From the NCBI GenBank assembly GCA_032718475.1, contig JAUCBJ010001029.1, positions 6,208 to 70,207 of the forward strand: 64,000 nucleotides of DNA. The letters are read 5' to 3'. The stretch is from Nemertoderma westbladi. Lineage: Eukaryota > Animalia > Xenacoelomorpha. The notes under the pieces are model-generated. The model was not told where the DNA came from. It searched no databases and was given only the letters and a program-made list of their open reading frames with translations. The translations under genes and the position numbers were made by a program. Within the stretch, counting starts at the first letter, position 1. Each line of letters opens with the position of its first letter. Shown in pieces: positions 58,366 to 64,000 of this stretch.

Positions 58366-58824
58366 CTATGTATCCTTACTATGTATCCTTACTCTATGTA
58401 AGTATCCTTACTATGTATCCTTACTCTATGTAAGTATCCTTACTATGTATCCTTACTCTATGTAAGTATCCTTACTATGTATCCTTACTCTATGTAAGTA
58501 TCCTTACTATGTATCCTTACTATGTATCCTTACTATGTATCCTTACTATGTATCCTTACTCTATGTAAGTATCCTTACTATGTATCCTTACTCTATGTAA
58601 GTATCCTTACTATGTATCGTATCCTTACTCTATGTAAGTATCCTTACTATGTATCCTTACTAAGTATCCTTACTATGTATCCTTACTCTATGTAAGTATC
58701 CTTACTATGTATCCTTACTCTATTTAAGTATCCTTACTATGTATCCTTACTCTATGTAAGTATCCTTACTATGTATCGTATCCTTACTCTATGTAAGTAT
58801 CCTTACTATGTATCCTTACTCTAT
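58366..58824. repeat. 13/19-bp satellite, block 3
   Basis: Same units as block 1. Confidence 0.95.
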
Positions 58825-61173
58825 TAGTCGAGTCAATCTAGCAAAAAACCCATAAGTATTTCGCAATTAATCCGAACCACACATTTTGGATTCTATATTA
58901 CCTTATTAATGACCAAAAAAAAAGTCTATAAGATTTTATTTTGCGGATCATATGTTTATTAATGGAAATTCTGTGTAAATTTGCATAACACAAGCCAAAC
59001 AAAAGGAACATTAGGGAAGAGTAAGTAGCAAATTGGTGATGTTCCAGAATAATTTAATTAATTTCACAATAAGCTGTGATTCAATGTGAAATTAGTAATA
59101 TTTACACTGGCGTGTTACACATTAATTGCTATATCTCGGAAACTAGAAGTCGCATCAAATTTTAAAATATATCAAAAACTTTACGATATATTAAGGAAAC
59201 CGTTGTAAAAAAAAATCATACATTTCCACTGCAAGGAAATTTCATAATTTCCATTAATGTTAGCGAAGATTTTTCACATAATAAAATTGTGATTGCTCTA
59301 TTGATTTTAGGTGTAATTTATTTATTTCTTTTAGTTTGAAAACCACAATAGTTTATCATATAACAAATAAATTTTTTGGGGATAAGGGTATTTGAGGTCG
59401 ATAAATCCGATGGGCGAGGTTACATCCACCGGTTTAGTAGATAAGTTGTGTAAGTAAGGTCCTTATATTGTACCAGCAAAATTGGTATTAAAAATGGTTA
59501 AATTATTAGACAAATTTCCGTTGCTCTGGAAACTAAATTGGTAACCATATATAAGTATCATTAGAGTAAAGTTTGTCTGTATCAAATTTGGACTATTTGA
59601 TATCAATTTGGACTAAAGGTCAACTAAAGCCTCTCCCCAAGAAAGGAGACCTCGGCATACCAACAAACTATCGTGGGATCTGTCTGCTTGTGGTAGCTGC
59701 CAAAATATACAATAAAATGATTTTATATAGGATTAGGCCTCTCATAGAGAAACTACTGCGTAAGAGCCAAAACGGATTTCGACCAAGTAGATCAACAATA
59801 GCTCAGATACTTGCACTACGGAGACTGATTGAAGGAATTAAGTCAAAGAATCTCCCCGCAGTCATGACTTTTGTGGACTTCAAGAAGGCATTCGACTCCA
59901 TCCATAGAGGTAAAATGCTTGAAATCCTAAGAGCTTATGGAATACCAGAAGTAATTGTTGCTGGCATTGGATTGTTATATTGTGACACAGAAGCGCAGGT
60001 ACTCTCACCAGATAGTGAAACTGAGTTTTTCTCAATCCTGGCTGGCGTACTGCAAGGTGACACATTAGCACCATTACTATTTGTAATTGTGCTGGATTAC
60101 GCAATGAGGACGGCCACAAAGGGTGAAGATCTGGGATTCACACTTCAAGAACGCAGAAGTAGTAGATATCCGGCAACTACAGTCACAGACACCGACTTTG
60201 CGGATGACATCGCCCTGCTCTCTAATACGCTAGCAGATGCACAGCTTCTACTAAATAAAGTGGAGAGGGCTGCTAAGGAGGTTGGATTGTATATAAATGC
60301 TACCAAGACCGAATTCATGACCTTTAATGTTGATGGAAACTTGACAACCATTGATAATAATCAACTAAGGAAGGTCGATGACTTCCAGTACCTTGGATCA
60401 TGGATAGAGAGTAGCAAAAAGGACATAGAAGTTAGGAAAGCAAAGGCTTGGGTAGCTCTATCAAAAATGGATACCATCTGGAAATCAGATCTCTCCAGGC
60501 ACCTGAAGACTAAGTTCTTTCGAGCCACAGTGGAAAGTGTATTTTTATACGGGGGTGAGACCTGGACACTGACTAAATCACTTGAACAACGAATTGATGG
60601 TTGCTACACAAGACTACTAAGGGCAGCCCTAAACATCAGCTGGAGACAACACATGACAAACGCCGAGCTTTATGGTACAATACCACCTGTATCAACCACC
60701 CTCCGTGAACGCAGATTAAGATTCAGTGGGCACTGCTGGCGAAGTAAAGACGAGGTCATACCAGATCTACTTCTCTGGCAACCAACTCATGGAAAGCGTA
60801 GTCGTGGACGACCTGCCATAACATATATAGATCAACTTGAAAGTGATACTGAACTTGGGAGAAACGAAATTGCGACAACTATGGAGAATCGGGAAGCCTG
60901 GAAGGATCTCATTTCCACTGTCCGAGTTCGCTCGACCTAGTAGTAGTAGTAGTATCAAATTTGGAGAAAATCCCACCTATAGACCCCTTGTTGCTAAGTA
61001 AAATCAATGTTGCTAAGGAAAGAAACAGGAAATTGAAGGTGATCCGCATAATATATTTTTATAGACTTTATTGGGGGTATTAACAAGGTAATGTAGAATT
61101 AAAAAAATTGGTCTGGATGAATTGCGAATTTGTTATGGGTTGACCCCCTTTTTCGGATAGATTGACTCGCCTA
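58825..61173. mobile_element. Non-autonomous TIR DNA element (about 1 kb) interrupted by an RTE
   Basis: Imperfect TIRs TAGTCGAGTCAATCTA..ACCCATAA..TTCGCAATT / AATTGCGAA..TTATGGGT..TAGATTGACTCGCCTA; possible TAT target duplication. Confidence 0.7.
59593..60951 (+). mobile_element. 5'-truncated RTE-clade LINE with an uninterrupted RT domain
   Basis: PKKGDL..NYRGI, QNGFR, FVDFKKAFDS, GVLQGDTLAP, FADDI, FQYLGS; (TAG)n tail; 14-bp TSD GTATCAAATTTGGA (59579-59592 and 60952-60965). Confidence 0.95.
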
Positions 61174-61928
61174 TATGTAATATCTGTGAAAACTGTTTGT
61201 TTGGGATTGTGTTTCTGACGTCAAAATAAAACAAAAGCATTCATCCTCGCTAAACGTTTTGTTAAGGGGGATTTCCTGGTCGCTGATTTCATTACAAACG
61301 TCAGTTTTCACTTTTAACGAAAACTATTATGTCTGTCTGTCAGTCTGTCTGTCTGTCGGTTAAACGAAATGTCTGTCAAAATATAAGGACATCATACCAA
61401 CTAGCTAAAACTTATTTATTATTTGTTGCGGTTTTCTTGGTCGCTGATTTCATTTCCGACACCAGTCTCCATATTTGACGGCAACCTACTGGTGGTTCTG
61501 TATGTCGGTTGTTCTGTCTATCCAGCGATCTGTCTATCTATAGGCAGACAGACAGACTGTCTGAAGCCCAATCTTTGTTGCCCAAACTTCAGATTCTTTA
61601 TAAACGAATGACAAACCTTTTTGAAACTTTGTTGCAATCATCGGACAGTTATTTACTTAATTCGAATAATAATTAGCATTATTTCACTTGTCACCTTGAA
61701 AAAGGGATAACTATTTTGTGGATTTTAGATGGACATGACGACTTCAATGACTTTTTTCGAATACTTAAAATAATATTCAAGGCAAGTATTATACCTCATT
61801 GCAAAGGTAAATAAATTCTCTATTAACTTTTATTTTGAATAACTCAAAACTCGACCAGATGACCAGTTACCCCTTTTCTAGGTGACAGACATTATTACTT
61901 ATTGTAACTTTTCTTATTTTCTCACCAG

Positions 61929-63249
61929 GGCCGCGTCTTTGGGGAAGTCGTTCGTAGCCAATCACGACCCCGATGTGTACGTGCGTACGTGTCGGTTACT
62001 ACGGGTGATGAACGCGGTACGTCACCACCTTATCGGTATACCGCTAACGGTGACCCAGACGCGACGGCTCACCTTACCGGTGCTGGTGGACCGACTGGTG
62101 CACCGCAGACACTTCCCGCTCGCGTTGGAGATCTGTCGCTGGATGAGGCTGGGCGACGGAGCCGGCAAGGTGCGGGTACTCACTCACTGGGCGGTCTACA
62201 AGATCGGCCAATCGCGACTCAGCGAGTCGGATATATCGGACGCGATCAGCAAGGCCGTGGTCCCGGGGGTTTCCTTCTCGGAGCTCGCGATGGTCGCGTT
62301 GGACCGGGGCCGACGGGACCTGGCCATCCGGTTGGTCGGACGCGAGCGTCGTGCCGCCGACCGGATCCCGCTCCTCGTCCGACTCGAGCAGTACTCGATG
62401 GCGCTGCAATCCGCGTTGGATTCCGGCGACACCGAACTCGTCTACTTCGCGCTGCTCGCAGTGAAGGAGCGACGCAAGCAGGAGGAGTTCCTCCGCGCGT
62501 TGCGTGCGCACCCCGAGGCCGAGCGGTTGTATCTGCGGTGCTGCGGGAACCCCGGACTGGCCCTCGACGTGCACTACCAGAACGACGCCCACCGCGAGAT
62601 GGCGTTGTGCCGACTGGAGGAGGCCGAGAGGGAGACCGGCCATCAGTCTAGGTTGGCGGCGTTGCGCGGCGCTCTGGAGGAGTTCAACCGGGCGTCCCCA
62701 GGGGGCGCTGAGTTCAACTCGAGGTGCACCGAGGCTCACATCAACCTGCTGGGCTGGCAGCGCAGTCTGGAGACGGAACTCCGTAAACCCTTTATGGATC
62801 TAAGTCTTCTCGACACTATCCTTCGACTCCTCGTTCTCGGTGTCACTAAAACCGCGGAGACCACCCGCAAGGAATTCCGAGTCTCCGACCGACATTTCTG
62901 GTGGGTTAAAATTCGCGCGCTTTCCGAGCTCGGTGATTGGACGGAATTGGAGAAGTTTTCCCGCTCCAAGAAACAGCTGCCCATCCCGCTCGCCTCCTTC
63001 ATACACGTTTGTATCGGCCGCGACAACAAACTCGAGGCCGAGAAGTACATAAATCGGTTACCGGGGGAACAGAGGTCCCGGCAGTTGGCGCGTATCGGTC
63101 GCTACTCGCAAGCGATCGCCGTCGCCGTAGAACAGCGCTGTCTGCCCGATCTCGAGTTCATTGGGGTCCGCGCCGGTGTCACTAACGCCGAAGTTAAGGC
63201 GGCTGTGGCCGCAGCGAAGGCTGGGCTCACAGCAGCCCCGCGACGGTAG
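61929..63249 (+). CDS. VPS16: VPS16 exon 2
   Basis: Polypyrimidine tract and CAG acceptor; AASLGKSF..LRVMNAVR..GIPLT..HWA..SGDTELVY..LSLLDTI..EFRVSDRHFWWVKIRAL..DWTELEKFSRSKK matches Vps16_C; TAG stop at 63247-63249. Confidence 0.95.
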
Positions 63250-63584
63250 GGGTTGCTGGGTGCTGGGTGAGCCAAGACTATCTGGGGAACCACTAGTGGG
63301 GGTGTTGGACCCACTCAGTGTGAGGCCCTGTATTGACTGGCGGAAAATTTACCTGCAACATAGGAGATTATGTATTAATTAATTGGATGTTAATAATTTA
63401 TACTATTTATTTATAATTTGTAATTAAAGTATAATATTAGAATACTGATTTCTTTAGAGTTATTAATCTGTTTAATAATTAATTATTATATAAGATAACC
63501 TGAAGGGTCATTGATCTAAATTATGGAAAATGTTAACTCAAACTGATAGTGATATTACTATGCCCGAGCAATCCGAGATCAGTT

Positions 63585-64000
63585 TACTATTACTAGGTCG
63601 AGCGAACTCGGACAGTGGAAATTAGATCCTTCCAGGCTTCCCGATTCTCCATAGTTGTCGCAATTTCATTTCTCCCAAGTTCAGTATCCCTTTCAAGTTG
63701 ATCTATATATGTTATGGCCGGTCGTCCACGACTACGCTTTCCATGAGTTGGTTGCCAGAAAAGTAGATCTGGTATGACCTCGTCTTTACTTCGCCAGCAG
63801 TGCCCACTGAATCTTAATCTGCGTTCACGGAGGGTGGTTGATACAGGTGGTATGGTACCATAGAGCTCGGCGTTCACGGAGGGTGGATGATACAGGTGGT
63901 ATGGTACCATAGAGCTCGGCGTTCACGGAGGGTGGTTGATACAGGTGGTATGGTACCATAGAGCTCGGCGTTCACGGAGGGTGGTTGATACAGGTGGTAT
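63585..64000 (-). mobile_element. RTE 3' fragment turning into a 49-bp tandem repeat (63821 to the window end)
   Basis: Homologous to 60660-60951; unit AGAGCTCGGCGTTCACGGAGGGTGGTTGATACAGGTGGTATGGTACCAT. Confidence 0.9.

Larger units (their letters stand above)
23603..61928 (+). other. VPS16: VPS16 intron, 38,326 bp (GT-AG, phase 2)
   Basis: Splicing AA|G restores QLLK-AASLGKSF (conserved LLRAASFGK) and gives an 842-aa ORF of normal VPS16 length. Confidence 0.9.

Noticed and set aside
61882-61928. N-terminal extension of ORF 61882..63249
   Set aside because: Intronic polypyrimidine tract; VPS16 homology starts after the CAG acceptor at 61929.

Overview
Eukaryotic (probably invertebrate animal) genomic DNA, very repeat-rich. 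It contains two recognisable host genes: a five-exon NIF3L1 (10801-14465; exon 1 has two apparent frameshifts) and an intact two-exon VPS16 (22395-23602 + 61929-63249) whose single intron is about 38.3 kb. That intron holds about 17 kb of a 13/19-bp satellite whose sense strand is built from splice-site-like words, a truncated gag-bearing element, a TIR element with a nested RTE LINE, and a very young 14.2-kb BEL/Pao LTR retrotransposon. The BEL/Pao element is the main candidate for an undescribed system. In place of env it has an 866-aa extra ORF with a degenerate DEDDy (WRN/EXD/Egalitarian-like) exonuclease fold and Cys/His clusters. It also carries three families of repeated, covarying RNA structures: six kink-turn/UUCG rods per LTR, sarcin-ricin-like GNRA hairpins in the LTRs and coding regions, and a triplicated module upstream of the extra ORF. 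Elsewhere there is a complete Sola-like DNA transposon, minisatellites, SINEs, hAT-like MITEs, nested LINE fragments, and a 1.5-kb cassette of orphan ORFs between two RTE tails. All family calls come from motif recognition by eye, not database searches.
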